A stretch of 38,390 nucleotides of DNA from a virus. The DNA is taken from the IMG/VR virus record IMGVR_UViG_3300045988_008627; one strand, written 5' to 3'. The notes below the pieces were generated by a model. It saw nothing but the letters and a program-made list of their open reading frames with translations, had not been told where the DNA came from and ran no database searches. This document shows positions 6,355-13,498 of this stretch, piece by piece. Made by a program: the position numbers and the translations under genes. Each line of letters opens with the position of its first letter. Within the stretch, counting starts at the first letter, position 1.

Positions 6355-6876
6355 ATGAGGCAAGCATGGCGCAGGATATTGCTTGTGCTGGTCTGCTGCG
6401 TACTGGCTGTTGCCGGATGGATTGGGCTTTTGAATCTTGCGGAGGTTATTTCCGCCGCCCGCTCCTACAGGGCTTCGCCCGCGGAGCTTCGCGCGGCTGC
6501 GGATGCTGCTGTGCTTCCTGCCGCAGACCCGGCGTTTTCCGGCAGCGGGGAATACACAGACGTGGAGCAGGCCGAAGCGCAGGCGGAGTATTATGCCAGC
6601 ATCGGCGGCGACCCGCTTGATGTAGAGCCGCTGGAACCGATCATCGGTAAATTTGTATCCTATATCCCCGGCACGCTGCCCGCCGAGGCTCCGCAGATCT
6701 CCGCCTCGACGAGTGAAAACGTGCAGACATTTATCGTAAATACATCCAGCGGCGTTTTTCATCTGGCCAGCTGCTACCACATCCGCCAGATGGACTATGC
6801 AAACCGCAGCAGCTACACCGGCACCCGCGCCGAGGCTGCGGCTCTGTATACGCCGTGTAAGGATTGCAATCCATAG
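6355..6876 (+). CDS. Membrane-anchored protein with a C-terminal H/C-x-C zinc-motif domain (Ada-type metal-binding-like)
   Basis: GGAGG lies upstream of ATG 6355. N-terminal anchor is ILLVLVCCVLAVAGWIGLL. The C-terminus FHLASCYHIRQMDYANRSSYTGTRAEAAALYTPCKDCNP fits the recurrent H-x3-C...PC-x2-C-x-P motif. Confidence 0.65.
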   Translation: MRQAWRRILLVLVCCVLAVAGWIGLLNLAEVISAARSYRASPAELRAAADAAVLPAADPAFSGSGEYTDVEQAEAQAEYYASIGGDPLDVEPLEPIIGKFVSYIPGTLPAEAPQISASTSENVQTFIVNTSSGVFHLASCYHIRQMDYANRSSYTGTRAEAAALYTPCKDCNP

Positions 6877-6884
6877 GAGGGTTT

Positions 6885-7376
6885 ATGTACTGTAACAAAT
6901 GCGGCAAAGAGATCGACGACGAGGCTTTGATCTGCCCGCACTGCGGCTGCGGCACCGTGAATTATATCCGCGATCAGGCAAAGGCGGAGGCCCGCGTGCA
7001 GGTGCAGGCCGCACCGGCGCGGAAAAAGCGCTCGACTGCTCTGCTGCTTTGCATTTTTCTTGGCGGCCTTGGGGCGCACCGGTTTTATGTCGGCAAGATC
7101 TGGACGGGGCTTCTTTGGCTCTTTACGCTCGGCTTTTGGGGCATTGGCACGCTGGTTGATTTTTGCCGAATCTATGATAACAAATTTCCAGATGATGCAG
7201 GCCGCCCGCTCTATGACGAGTATACGGATGGTTTAACGCCCGAGGAATACGAGGAGGCCGTCGCCGGGCCGCGCAAGGTGCGAAAGATCGTGATCGTTGT
7301 TGCGCTTGCGCTGTGTGCCGGCTGCTTCTTGATCCTGCGCGTCATTCCGGGCCTGATGTACGCACTCGGCTTTTGA
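6885..7376 (+). CDS. Zinc-ribbon plus TM2-domain membrane protein
   Basis: AGGAGGG lies 3 nt upstream of ATG 6885. MYCNKCGKEIDDEALICPHCG is a zinc ribbon. LLLCIFLGGLGAHRFYVGKIWTGLLWLFTLGFWGIGTLVDF is the TM2-domain signature. There is an extra C-terminal TM segment. Confidence 0.8.
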   Translation: MYCNKCGKEIDDEALICPHCGCGTVNYIRDQAKAEARVQVQAAPARKKRSTALLLCIFLGGLGAHRFYVGKIWTGLLWLFTLGFWGIGTLVDFCRIYDNKFPDDAGRPLYDEYTDGLTPEEYEEAVAGPRKVRKIVIVVALALCAGCFLILRVIPGLMYALGF

Positions 7377-7381
7377 GATTC

Positions 7382-7419
7382 GCCCGCGCCGCTGGCCGAA
7401 CAACGGCGCGGGCTTTTTT
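7382..7419 (+). terminator. Intrinsic terminator
   Basis: GCCCGCGCCG (7382-7391) pairs perfectly with CGGCGCGGGC (7404-7413), followed by TTTTTT. Confidence 0.8.
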
Positions 7420-7543
7420 GCTTGCGCAGGCGACCGGGAGCCGTCTGTAACTATAGGATAGCCTGCCCATGGTAGACTTGTAAAGATATGACAGCTGCTT
7501 TTTGCAGTCAGACGTCTTGCTTTTTTAGGGGGAATGACATGTT

Positions 7544-7954
7544 TTGAAGGAAAAATTATCTGATTTGTGCCGTGAGCAGAAGCAGACGATCACTCCGCAC
7601 AAAACAAATCAGGATGTAGCCGAAAATACCGACCTTTCCGTCGGCACCGTATCCCAGTTCTTTCGCGGCGACATCAAAAATCCGTCTGTTTACACGGTCG
7701 GCCCGATCTGCCGGGAGATGGGCGTTTCTATGGATGAGTATTTCGGCATCCCGCATGACGAGCCTGCCGAGCCTTCCGATTCTGAAAAACTCCTCGCCGA
7801 GACTGCGGCGCTTCGTGCGCAGCTTGCCCAGCAGCAGAAGTCCCTGCGCATGCACCGGCTTGTGACGCTCATCCTCTTGGGTATTCTTTTGCTGTGTGCC
7901 CTTGCGCTTGTGGCCGACGTGCTCATCCCATCGATCGGCTGGATCCGCACATGA
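7544..7954 (+). CDS. XRE-type HTH protein with a coiled segment and C-terminal transmembrane anchor
   Basis: TTG start at 7544 with AGGGGGAA 9 nt upstream. The HTH is TNQDVAENTDLSVGTVSQFFRGDIKNPSVYTVGPICREMGVSMDEYFGI. The C-terminal TM segment is LVTLILLGILLLCALALVADVLI. Its stop overlaps the integrase ATG. Confidence 0.7.
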   Translation: MKEKLSDLCREQKQTITPHKTNQDVAENTDLSVGTVSQFFRGDIKNPSVYTVGPICREMGVSMDEYFGIPHDEPAEPSDSEKLLAETAALRAQLAQQQKSLRMHRLVTLILLGILLLCALALVADVLIPSIGWIRT

Positions 7955-9579
7955 AAATTACCGCCCCGGCCCGATCAGCCAGAGCGGTATCTTTGGAGGC
8001 TTTTGTGGATAATTTGAATCTTGCCAACGTCGTGATCTACGCCCGGTATTCTTCCGCCGGGCAAAATGACCAATCCATAGACGGCCAGCTTGCCAAATGC
8101 CGCGAATACGCGCAGCAGCGCGGATACCGCGTTGTCGGCGAATACTGCGACCGGGCGCTGTCCGGGCGATACGCCGAGACGCGGCCGGAGTTCCAGCGCA
8201 TGATTTCGGACAGCGCGAAGCACGCTTTTGATTTTGTGCTCGTGTGGAAGCTCGACCGCTTTTCCCGCGACCGGTATGACAGCGCGATCTACAAAAAGAA
8301 ACTGCGCGCGAACGGCGTGCGCGTCTTGTCCGTCACTGAGGGCGTCGGCGACAGCAGCGAGAGCGTGCTGCTTGAGGCGATCCTGGAGGCCATGGCAGAG
8401 GAATATTCCCGCCAGCTTGCCCAGAATGTCCGTCGCGGGATGCGCCAGAACGCCGAGAAGGGCCTGAGCCTCGGCGGCCTTGCCCCGCTCGGCTACCGCG
8501 TCGTGAATAAGCAGTACGAGATCAACGAGGACGAAGCCCGCATCGTCCGCTTTATCCATGAGCAGTATGCCGACGGCGCAGGGCAAAAGCAGATCGTGGC
8601 CGACTGCGCACGGCTGGGCTACCGTAATCAGCGCGGGAACCCGCTCACATTAGCCTCGGTAAAGCGTATCCTTGCAAACGAGCGGTATGCCGGCAGGTAC
8701 GACTACCTCGGCGAGATCGTGATCGAGGACGCATTCCCGGCCATCGTCTCAAAGGATCTGAAAAAGCGCGTGCGCGACCGGCTCAAGGCGAATGCCAGGG
8801 CTCCCGGCCATGCAAAGGCGAAAGTTGAATATCTGCTGCATGGAAAGCTGTTCTGCGGCGAGTGCGGCGCGCCGATGATAGGGGAGTGCGGGCGCGGCAG
8901 GCACGGAGCGACGTATTACTATTACACCTGCGCGGCGCGGAAGAAGCAGCACACCTGCAAAAAGCGCAATGAGCGCAAGGACGAACTCGAAGCCTGTATC
9001 GTGGATTATATCGGCTCGTGCGTCCTGACGGACAGCTGGATCGACGGCGCAGCCGAGCGTGTTGTGGCGGAATATCAAAAAAGCTACGACGCTTCCGGCA
9101 TTAAACCGCTCGAAAAGCAGATCCGCGACGCCGACAAGGAGATCGATCAGCTTGTCGATGCGCTGATCTCCGCAACGGCGGAAGCTGCCCGCCGCAGGAT
9201 CAACGAGCGCATTGAAACTGCCGAGGCCCGAAAGCAGGCGCTGGAGGCCGATCTTGCATCCCTCCGCATCGCCAGCCGTGTCCAGATCAAAAAAGAGGAC
9301 ATCGTCGTATGGCTCAACCAGTTCCGCACTGGCGACCGATCCGATCTGGAATACCGCAAAAAGGTTATAGATTTATTTGTAAATTCGATTTATTTGTATG
9401 ATGATACATTTAAGTTGTTTTTAAATGTCACCGATTCCACGCAAATCACCTACTCTGATTCCCTCGCCCTCGCGCCTCCCTCCGTTTCGGATTTCGGCGC
9501 GTCCGGTGTACCAGATATGCACTTATCCGAACACATCATATTTGTAAATGGTGTTATTGGGATGATCGTGCAGAGATGA
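7951..9579 (+). CDS. int: Large serine recombinase (phage integrase)
   Basis: VVIYARYSSAGQNDQSIDGQ is the resolvase catalytic motif. It is followed by a recombinase domain, the zinc ribbon CGECGAPMIGECGRGRHGATYYYYTC and a coiled coil. ATG 7951 is in ATGA overlap with the upstream gene. An alternative start is GTG 8005, with GGAGG 5 nt upstream. Confidence 0.9.
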   Translation: MKITAPARSARAVSLEAFVDNLNLANVVIYARYSSAGQNDQSIDGQLAKCREYAQQRGYRVVGEYCDRALSGRYAETRPEFQRMISDSAKHAFDFVLVWKLDRFSRDRYDSAIYKKKLRANGVRVLSVTEGVGDSSESVLLEAILEAMAEEYSRQLAQNVRRGMRQNAEKGLSLGGLAPLGYRVVNKQYEINEDEARIVRFIHEQYADGAGQKQIVADCARLGYRNQRGNPLTLASVKRILANERYAGRYDYLGEIVIEDAFPAIVSKDLKKRVRDRLKANARAPGHAKAKVEYLLHGKLFCGECGAPMIGECGRGRHGATYYYYTCAARKKQHTCKKRNERKDELEACIVDYIGSCVLTDSWIDGAAERVVAEYQKSYDASGIKPLEKQIRDADKEIDQLVDALISATAEAARRRINERIETAEARKQALEADLASLRIASRVQIKKEDIVVWLNQFRTGDRSDLEYRKKVIDLFVNSIYLYDDTFKLFLNVTDSTQITYSDSLALAPPSVSDFGASGVPDMHLSEHIIFVNGVIGMIVQR

Positions 9580-9580
9580 A

Positions 9581-9616
9581 AATACCCTCTCCGGATTGGA
9601 GAGGGTATTTTTTTAT
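9581..9616. terminator. Bidirectional intrinsic terminator between convergent genes
   Basis: AATACCCTCTCC (9581-9592) pairs with GGAGAGGGTATT (9598-9609), followed by T7 on the plus strand and an A-rich tract upstream. Confidence 0.8.
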
Positions 9617-10080
9617 TTTGCGATATGCTCATAATACTCCATCAGCTTTCGCTCCGGGCCGGGGCCGTCCTTGTCGAGCAAAAACGCCTTTGCCAGGGCG
9701 GCGTAGAATTCCGGGCGGTTGAGACCGAATTCTACGGCTACTTGGTAGTAATCCGAGTACATCATGTTCATGGTTACGCCCCACGCCCAGTGTGGGACCA
9801 CAGGTGCCTGAATGCCCATGCTCTCGGCAACGGCCGTTGTCTGTTCCATCGTCCAGTGCGGGCCCGTCGAGCCGTCGGCATTCTGCATGTGCTCGGCCCA
9901 CTGTATCGCCGTTTCTCGATCAAATGTGGCCGTCTCCGGCTCGTCGTGGTGCCCGTGCAGCTTTTCCAGCCTTCTGATCGTCTTCGCGTACAGGCCGACC
10001 TCCTCCGCGCTGCCCAGCGTCACAGGTTTCTCCATGGCCTCGTGCAGCTTGTGATAAAGCTTCTCCATATACTCTTTCAT
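9613..10080 (-). CDS. Uncharacterised conserved protein (GPHW...NMMYSDYY motif family)
   Basis: ORF 9613..10086. ATG 10080 has AGGAGG 7 nt upstream, and GTG 10086 is an alternative start. The sequence ...QWAEHMQNADGSTGPHWTMEQT...MNMMYSDYYQVAVEFG...LAKAFLLDKDG resembles a recurrent Clostridia family of unknown function (from memory). Confidence 0.6.
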   Translation of the reverse strand: MKEYMEKLYHKLHEAMEKPVTLGSAEEVGLYAKTIRRLEKLHGHHDEPETATFDRETAIQWAEHMQNADGSTGPHWTMEQTTAVAESMGIQAPVVPHWAWGVTMNMMYSDYYQVAVEFGLNRPEFYAALAKAFLLDKDGPGPERKLMEYYEHIAK

Positions 10081-10082
10081 GC

Positions 10083-10424
10083 TCACACCTCCTGAATATA
10101 TTTGTAAAGCTTGTCTACGTCTGTCACGTCAAACCGCATATCTTTGTCCTTGATTGAAAACAGCTTAATCTTTTTCCCGTCGATCTCATCCCGAGCGTAT
10201 TTGTATAAACGATCGATGTCGACGTTTCCCTCCTCGTCAAGCGCCCCAGTCAGCTGCACAAAGAAATTGTCTTTCATTGCAAGCAGCCGCTCTTTCCCGC
10301 CGTCCTTTGCCATCCGCATAAGTATAGCCGCAGCCACGCCAATACCTTCCGGTAGCCGTGGAATCAGTTCGCTATTCGCGAATCGCTCTAAGCCATTTAA
10401 TGCCTGATCTATCGTCACTGTCAT
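10083..10424 (-). CDS. Hypothetical protein (113 aa)
   Basis: ATG 10424 with AAAGGAGG upstream, coupled to the downstream gene. No family recognised. Confidence 0.6.
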   Translation of the reverse strand: MTVTIDQALNGLERFANSELIPRLPEGIGVAAAILMRMAKDGGKERLLAMKDNFFVQLTGALDEEGNVDIDRLYKYARDEIDGKKIKLFSIKDKDMRFDVTDVDKLYKYIQEV

Positions 10425-10474
10425 TATAGATGTCCTCCTTTAAGGATGGGGGCGGCTATTGCCGCCCCTTGCGT

Positions 10475-11059
10475 TTAGCCGTTGCAGCACCCGCACTTCG
10501 GGATCGGGTTGTAGAGCGACTGCGCCGTCGTTGCGGTTCCGGTCGTGACGTCGGCGACCTGCTTGGGGTAAAAGGTCGCGTTGACATACGTCACGATGGA
10601 ATTGTCACCGCAGCAGCGCCGCTCGGCCTCCATCTTCACGGCGTCCAGCGCCTCCTTGCGGACGCAGTCCACATCCTGCTTGACGAGCGTAAAGCTGTCC
10701 TCGGTGCGCTGGTTGTGGACGGCCTGCTTGCACAGTGCCTCACGGACGTCCTTGAGCTGCCCGTCGATATAACCGTACATCTCCACCATTTTCTGGTCGT
10801 TGTACGTGTTGGCCTTGAGCAGCGCAATCTCGCTGTCTTTCGCGGACAGCTTCTGCTCCCGGTCGAGATCGTAGCGCGTGACCGGCATGTTTTCGCTGCA
10901 CGCTGCGCCCGCTACCATTGCAGCCGCAGCCGGGTTTGCTCCCCAGCCGCCAAAGCCGCCGCCCAGCAGATTGCCCAGCAGGCCGAGTCCGACACCTGCC
11001 GTGCCGATGATGCCAGTGGTCAGGGCCGCATTGGCCTTGCCATTGCTTGCGTATTCCAT
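10475..11059 (-). CDS. Gly-rich hydrophobic N-terminus, coiled coil and Cys-rich C-terminus protein (194 aa)
   Basis: ORF 10475..11305 trimmed to ATG 11059 (GGAGG upstream). Features are the hydrophobic GIIGTAGVGLGLLGNLLGGGFGGWG, then CSENMPVTRYDLDREQKLSAKDSEIALLKANTYNDQK, and a C-terminal CGCCNG. It resembles an uncharacterised Firmicute-prophage family (from memory). Confidence 0.6.
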   Translation of the reverse strand: MEYASNGKANAALTTGIIGTAGVGLGLLGNLLGGGFGGWGANPAAAAMVAGAACSENMPVTRYDLDREQKLSAKDSEIALLKANTYNDQKMVEMYGYIDGQLKDVREALCKQAVHNQRTEDSFTLVKQDVDCVRKEALDAVKMEAERRCCGDNSIVTYVNATFYPKQVADVTTGTATTAQSLYNPIPKCGCCNG

Positions 11060-11218
11060 AAAAAAATACCTCCGGTAAAAATAAGTAAGCTGGCCAGCTC
11101 CTATCCTCAGTCTACCGCTTCCCCGATTCTCGAGGGGGACATCTGCGGGACACTTCCGGGGCGTTTGTGTACCATTTGCGTGGCTTTTTGTTTTTTTATA
11201 AAATATTTTGAAAACCCC

Positions 11219-11247
11219 TTGACATATACGGTAATACAGTATATAAT
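11219..11247 (+). promoter_or_regulatory. Perfect consensus sigma-A promoter
   Basis: TTGACA (11219-11224), exactly 17 nt of spacer, then TATAAT (11242-11247). It is followed by a CA/A-rich leader and a GGAGG site. Confidence 0.8.
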
Positions 11248-11303
11248 GTAACCATAGACACAAAGCAAAACAAACACGACAAAAAAATTGGAGGATGGCA
11301 GAC

Positions 11304-11681
11304 ATGTTTAATATCGTTTCCGCGTGGGGAACGCAGACAAATCCCCACTATAACCCTGACACTGCAAATAATGGCGGAGGTTACTGGCAGTTTTCCGGCG
11401 GTATCGTTGTCGACCTTAACGGCCAGCTTGTCACCGTCGAGGTCGACGACACGTCCTGCGGCGATTTTGGCAGCCGCGTGTATTTTTCCGTGACCGCTGA
11501 CGGCTTCTGCTGGCAATTTTCCGACGGCACAATGGACGATGCGTCCGTTGACACCTCGGAGGATGTCTTGGGCGTTCTGAGGTCCATCTCCGGCGTTCTG
11601 GGCGTGGACGCCGAAGCACTGATTTCTGCCGCGTTGAATGCGACGAACATCTGCGCGTGGGAGGTATGCTATGCCGACTGA
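11304..11681 (+). CDS. Acidic hypothetical protein with a duplicated WQFS(G/D)G motif
   Basis: ORF 11295..11681. ATG 11304 lies 9 nt after GGAGG, whereas ATG 11295 abuts the SD. The motifs GYWQFSGG and GFCWQFSDG recur, and the protein is D/E-rich. No family recognised. Confidence 0.6.
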   Translation: MFNIVSAWGTQTNPHYNPDTANNGGGYWQFSGGIVVDLNGQLVTVEVDDTSCGDFGSRVYFSVTADGFCWQFSDGTMDDASVDTSEDVLGVLRSISGVLGVDAEALISAALNATNICAWEVCYAD

Positions 11682-11883
11682 CACCCAGCGCCGCGCTCGC
11701 AACAAGTGGGATGCAGAAAACATGTCCGTGATCCCATGCAAGCTAAAACGGGAGATCGCGGAAACCTTTAAGGCTACGGCGAAAGCCAATGGCACTACCC
11801 CGAATGAACTGATTCGCAAATGGATCGATGCGTATATGCGGCAAAACATGCCAGCAGAGCAACCTTCGACTGAAAAAATATGA
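11671..11883 (+). CDS. Ribbon-helix-helix (Arc/CopG-like) small DNA-binding protein
   Basis: ATG 11671 with GGGAGG 6 nt upstream, overlapping the upstream gene by 11 nt. RRARNKWDAENMSVIPCKLKREIAETFKATAKANGTTPNELIRKWIDAYM fits the beta-strand, helix, helix RHH pattern. Confidence 0.6.
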   Translation: MPTDTQRRARNKWDAENMSVIPCKLKREIAETFKATAKANGTTPNELIRKWIDAYMRQNMPAEQPSTEKI

Positions 11884-11891
11884 TTTGAATG

Positions 11892-11936
11892 TAAAAAAGC
11901 CCGCCCGGAGCGTAATGCTCAGGGCGGGCTGCTTTG
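11892..11936. terminator. Bidirectional intrinsic terminator (stronger for the minus strand)
   Basis: AGCCCGCCC (11898-11906) pairs with GGGCGGGCT (11922-11930). A6 upstream gives a T6 tract on the minus strand. The downstream tract on the plus strand is GCTTTGTG. Confidence 0.75.
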
Positions 11937-12161
11937 TGCCAGACGGCGGGCGGTGTTGTAGATGTGCGGCAGGCGGCGGGAGATGGTTTTGCGGTCGATG
12001 CCGATTTCACCGGCCGCGTCCAGCTGCGGGAGCCTGCGCACGATATAAAGTCTCACGATCTGCTGATCGATCACGTCCAAAAGTCCCTCGTCAGTGACGC
12101 GCTCCCAGTCGCTGCGCGTGAGGTGTTCCAGCTCCTTCGGCAGAGCCAGCCGCGCAGTTAT
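11919..12161 (-). CDS. Orphan HTH ORF (80 codons open) with no canonical start codon at its 5' end
   Basis: My own translation: ITARLALPKELEHLTRSDWERVTDEGLLDVIDQQIVRLYIVRRLPQLDAAGEIGIDRKTISRRLPHIYNTARRLAQSSPP. GGGAG (12175-12171) lies 9 nt before ATA 12161. The first ATG/GTG/TTG is TTG at codon 28. The HTH looks like sigma-70 region 4. Confidence 0.4.
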   Translation of the reverse strand: MTARLALPKELEHLTRSDWERVTDEGLLDVIDQQIVRLYIVRRLPQLDAAGEIGIDRKTISRRLPHIYNTARRLAQSSPP

Positions 12162-12198
12162 TTGCTGTCACTCCCTTCGGCCCGCCGCCGGGCAGGGC

Positions 12199-12897
12199 TT
12201 ACTTCATGGCCGCAGCCAGCTTTTTCAGGAGGTCGTCGCCGTATTTGTAATCGGCAAGATACTTGATCGTGCTGTCTGCCAGCCCGGCTTTCGCCTTGAT
12301 GGTCTCCTTGGCCGCCTCGACGGCCTTGTCGACGGTTTCCGTGTCGTAGTCGACCCACGGGAGCTTGCCGTGCTTCTTCCATCTGCGGGCGTTGTACCCG
12401 CTCTTGGAGCCGATGTTCAGGACGGCGGTGATCTGTGCGCCGTTCTTCCAGGCAGGCGTGCACTCGACCGCGAGGCCGTCGCCGATGTACATGCCCCAGT
12501 GCCCGGGCAGCCACAGGCCTTCGCCCGGGACGAGCTTGTCCCAGCCGGTCGCAGACACGTCCTTGCACTTGGCGATCATGCCGTCGGCGGAGACATCCGG
12601 GACAGCGTTACCGGCGTAGCGCGCGCCGCCGTGGTAGGCGTTCTTGTCGCCCTTCCAGCCCCAGAGAATGCCCTTCGTGAGGTTCACGCAGTCAAAGGCG
12701 AAATAGCCCTTGCCGATCAGCGCACGGAGGTTTGCCTGCTTCGCCGCGCCGTACCAGTCCGGGTACTGGTTCGCCTTTTCCGTGATAATGCCGTTCGTGA
12801 CGGGAGAGCCGAAGCAGCCCCACATGTAAACGGTCCTGTAATTCTTCGCGGCGTCAATATGCCGCCTGACGAGCTCGGAGGCTTTCATAACGCTCAT
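12199..12897 (-). CDS. Endolysin, probable Cys-His peptidase type (NlpC/P60- or CHAP-like)
   Basis: ATGA-coupled to the holin gene. FAFDCVNLTKGILWG is a candidate catalytic Cys, and LWLPGHWGMYIGDGLAVE a candidate catalytic His. The position is typical for an endolysin. Confidence 0.65.
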   Translation of the reverse strand: MSVMKASELVRRHIDAAKNYRTVYMWGCFGSPVTNGIITEKANQYPDWYGAAKQANLRALIGKGYFAFDCVNLTKGILWGWKGDKNAYHGGARYAGNAVPDVSADGMIAKCKDVSATGWDKLVPGEGLWLPGHWGMYIGDGLAVECTPAWKNGAQITAVLNIGSKSGYNARRWKKHGKLPWVDYDTETVDKAVEAAKETIKAKAGLADSTIKYLADYKYGDDLLKKLAAAMK

Positions 12898-13202
12898 GCC
12901 CGCTCACTCCCGTACAACTCGTGGTGCAGCTGCAGCACGGCGGCCTCGATCAGCTTGTCGACGGTCTCAACGTCAAATTTAATACCTTTCTCGGCGAGGA
13001 AGTTCACAACATACGCCTTTTTCGCCGCACCGTCCGTCGCGGTGTACAGCTGCTCCGCCGCCTTTACGCCGATCTCAACGTAAGTGCGGAGCGTTTGCAG
13101 CTTGTCCGCGTCGATCTTTGTTTTGAGCCACGGGATCAAAAATGCCGAGACGAGCGCGCTGATGAGCGCGATCACTGCCGAGATGATTTGCGTGTAGTCC
13201 AT
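12894..13202 (-). CDS. Holin, LL-H family-like
   Basis: The N-terminal TM segment IISAVIALISALVSAFLIPWL is followed by VEIGVKAAEQLYTATDGAAKKAYVVNFLAEKGIKFDVETVDKLIEAAV, which matches the LL-H holin pattern. The gene is directly upstream of the endolysin. Confidence 0.7.
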   Translation of the reverse strand: MDYTQIISAVIALISALVSAFLIPWLKTKIDADKLQTLRTYVEIGVKAAEQLYTATDGAAKKAYVVNFLAEKGIKFDVETVDKLIEAAVLQLHHELYGSERA

Positions 13203-13220
13203 AAGTAATTACTCCTTTCG

Positions 13221-13484
13221 CTATTCGACTGTTTCATTTTTCTTCGCAAAAACCCGCTTGAAGGCAAGCAGGCCAAGCTCTGTGATGGTTGCCCAACCTG
13301 TAAATCCGAGCACGTCGGACAGGTCTACCGACGCGCCGAGCTCCGGGCTGCGGATGACTGCAATTAGGACGGCGACGGTTTTCAGAGCGCAGGCCCAGAC
13401 AATTACCGTCGTGATGAGCTGGAGCAGATATACAACAATGGTTCGCGCCATTTCGCCCTTGCTCCACTTGCCTTTTACCCGCAT
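13221..13484 (-). CDS. Small membrane protein (2-3 TM segments), holin or antiholin candidate
   Basis: 87 aa with hydrophobic segments IVVYLLQLITTVIVWACAL, TVAVLIAVI and VLGFTGWATITELGLLAF, located in the lysis cassette. Confidence 0.55.
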   Translation of the reverse strand: MRVKGKWSKGEMARTIVVYLLQLITTVIVWACALKTVAVLIAVIRSPELGASVDLSDVLGFTGWATITELGLLAFKRVFAKKNETVE

Positions 13485-13498
13485 ATCTGCCTCCCAAT

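Noticed and set aside
7445-7494. Candidate attP for the serine integrase: outer CTGTnA...TnACAG arms and a central CCATGG symmetric about 7469/7470, in the 167-bp gap upstream of the HTH-integrase operon
   Set aside because: Only about 11 of 25 symmetric positions pair. The implied central dinucleotide (AT) is palindromic, which would not give the polarity that serine-integrase crossover sites normally need. Without the bacterial attB or attL/attR junctions this cannot be supported. Comparing an integrated copy with an empty host site would settle it.
11086-11093. TAAGCTGG, shared between the cargo-operon leader and the switch operator motif TTAAGCTGG, as evidence that the repressor also controls the cargo operon. 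GTTAAGCTG also occurs at 4704-4712.
   Set aside because: An 8-9-mer match is expected about once by chance in 2 x 38 kb. The rest of the 15-nt operator motif is not present at these sites.
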